Part shown: piece after piece, positions 26,182-27,590 of the stretch
Numbering within the stretch: position 1 is the first letter of the stretch
Layout of the letters: each line of letters opens with the position of its first letter
NCBI GenBank assembly: GCA_046483495.1
Contig: JAWODC010000083.1
Coordinates: 1-27,590 of the forward strand
Direction of reading: 5' to 3'
Length of the DNA stretch: 27,590 nt
Source: Desulfobacterales bacterium
GTDB lineage: Bacteria; Desulfobacterota; Desulfobacteria; Desulfobacterales; UBA5616
Made by a program: the position numbers and the translations under genes
The notes under the pieces: generated by a model
Database searches by the model: none
What the model was told of the DNA's origin: nothing
What the model saw: only the letters and a program-made list of their open reading frames with translations

Positions 26182-27590
26182 TCAGTGCAAAGCCTCCTCT
26201 ATCGCCCGGTCAAGATCGGCGGGATCGGTAATCGGCGCGCGGCAACTGAAACCTTCGCACACGAATGCTGTCGGACTTTTTTGCACCGGTTTCATTTCCG
26301 CAACAAAAGGAAGATGTTTTGCCAGCCGGTCACGCTGATTATCATCTTCAATGCATATAAGGATCATGCCGGGCAAGAACCGGTGCCTCACGGACGTCAG
26401 CATCCGTTGGGTGGTTTCCATTGCCGCATCCCCGGCGATCACGACCTGAATGGGTTTTGACATCAGCATCATCATGCCGACAAGCAATTGAGGCATTGCC
26501 CCCGGAAACCGCCTTGCTTTTTCGGAAAAGAAAGCGAGTGTTCTGCCCGCCGCGTCATAAAAATCCTGTTGATCGAAGATACGATACAGTCGCATGAAGT
26601 TCATGACGGAAACGGCATTTGCGCTCGGGATGACGCTGTCGTTTTCATCCTTGATTCTGACAATCAAATGCGCGTCATGATCCTTTTCGGTCATAAAAAA
26701 GGCGCCGCGCTCATCATCATAGAATCGGGCCTTCTGCTGTCGGGCAAGTTCGAGGGCCCACGTCAGCCACGTGACATCGAAATCCGATTCGTACAGGTCG
26801 AGAAGCGCCTGAACGAAAAAGGCGTAATCCTCGGCCATGCCCGACACTTTTTTTTCTCCTCCTCTGTATATCCTGAACAACCCACCGGTTTCGGGATCAT
26901 ACAGGTTTTTTTCAATAAACTGCGCGGCTCTCCGGGCGCCGGCCAAAAGATCCTCACGTCCCGTGATTTGGTGCGCCCGGGCCAGCGCCGAAATCATCAG
27001 CCCGTTCCAGGATGTAATGATTTTATCGTCCAGATGGGGCCGTTCTCTTTTCTGTCTTGCATTGTATAGAAGCCGCCCGGCCTGCGCAATGATTTCCTCC
27101 ATGCGGGATGGATCCATACCGAACCGGTTCGCCGTTTCGACGATCGAATGGCTGACAAAAAGCACATTTTTGCGAATAAAATAGCCGTGCGGGTCCGTTG
27201 CGACATTTCCCTCCGGGGCTATCCCGTAATAAAACGCAGCCGGTTCGACAAGCTCCGGCGGCAGCACCTGCTTCAGCTGGTCGTAATCCCAGACATAATA
27301 GGCACCCTCCACCTTCTTTGACGGGTCCGTTTCATCCGGGGGAAGACTGTCTGCATCCTCGGCGGAAAAAAATCCCCCGTCTTTGTGCACCATTTTTTCA
27401 AGGACGTAATCCGCCGTATGTTCGGCGATTTGTTTGAACCTCTCTTTTCCGGTCAACCGAAAGGCATCCATGCAGTTCTCTATTAACTGGGCATTGTCGT
27501 AGAGCATTTTTTCAAAATGGGGGACGTGCCATTTTTCATCGGTTGAATAGCGATGAAATCCCCCTCCCAAATGATCATAAATTCCGCCTT
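26182..27590 (-). CDS. YyaL/SPATA20-family thioredoxin-domain protein; partial, 5' end outside the window
   Basis: The frame stays open to the right edge (GGIYDHLGGGFHRYSTD). Also contains HVPHFEKMLYDNAQL, SAEDADS, EGAYY, DDKIITSWNGL and C-terminal VCEGFSC. Confidence 0.92.
   Translation of the reverse strand, partial: GGIYDHLGGGFHRYSTDEKWHVPHFEKMLYDNAQLIENCMDAFRLTGKERFKQIAEHTADYVLEKMVHKDGGFFSAEDADSLPPDETDPSKKVEGAYYVWDYDQLKQVLPPELVEPAAFYYGIAPEGNVATDPHGYFIRKNVLFVSHSIVETANRFGMDPSRMEEIIAQAGRLLYNARQKRERPHLDDKIITSWNGLMISALARAHQITGREDLLAGARRAAQFIEKNLYDPETGGLFRIYRGGEKKVSGMAEDYAFFVQALLDLYESDFDVTWLTWALELARQQKARFYDDERGAFFMTEKDHDAHLIVRIKDENDSVIPSANAVSVMNFMRLYRIFDQQDFYDAAGRTLAFFSEKARRFPGAMPQLLVGMMMLMSKPIQVVIAGDAAMETTQRMLTSVRHRFLPGMILICIEDDNQRDRLAKHLPFVAEMKPVQKSPTAFVCEGFSCRAPITDPADLDRAIEEALH

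Noticed and set aside
1..27590. CRISPR arrays, tRNA/rRNA genes, transposases, integrases or phage genes
   Set aside because: Reading by eye showed no regularly spaced repeats, RNA gene signatures or recombinase motifs. Short structured RNAs could have been missed.

Overview
A gene-dense bacterial window. Its gene content suggests an anaerobic deltaproteobacterium of the Desulfobacterales type, but this is an inference. From left to right: (1) a GC-rich left end with a partial GH13/CBM48 glucan-branching-type gene and a PRC-barrel gene broken by three small deletions; (2) a patatin-like phospholipase and a minus-strand run of metallophosphoesterase, tatD and threonine ammonia-lyase; (3) an OmpR-type two-component system followed by degP, with a clear candidate regulator box and -10 element between them; (4) a bacterial cereblon (CULT) gene divergent from TauE and a tightly coupled four-gene operon. 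That operon encodes a threonine-synthase-like PLP enzyme, a DUF1611/DgcN-like protein, a MurL/QueC-like PP-loop domain fused to a creatininase domain, and an enolase-family epimerase; (5) a KaiA-less kaiC-kaiB-kaiB-hybrid kinase locus; (6) an oxygen/redox defence cluster with a DVU0298-like protein, ferredoxin, FprA/ROO, rubredoxin (missed by the ORF track), an Isf-like::ArsC fusion, a PerR-like Fur, a small tandem-CxxC protein, glutaredoxin and a partial YyaL/SPATA20. The strongest candidate for an undescribed system is the 10437-16094 amino-acid epimerisation/acylation operon with its MurL-like::creatininase fusion. The Kai2-type timer adjoining the oxygen-defence genes is second. I saw no RNA genes, CRISPR arrays or mobile elements. 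All family calls come from motif recognition, not database searches.
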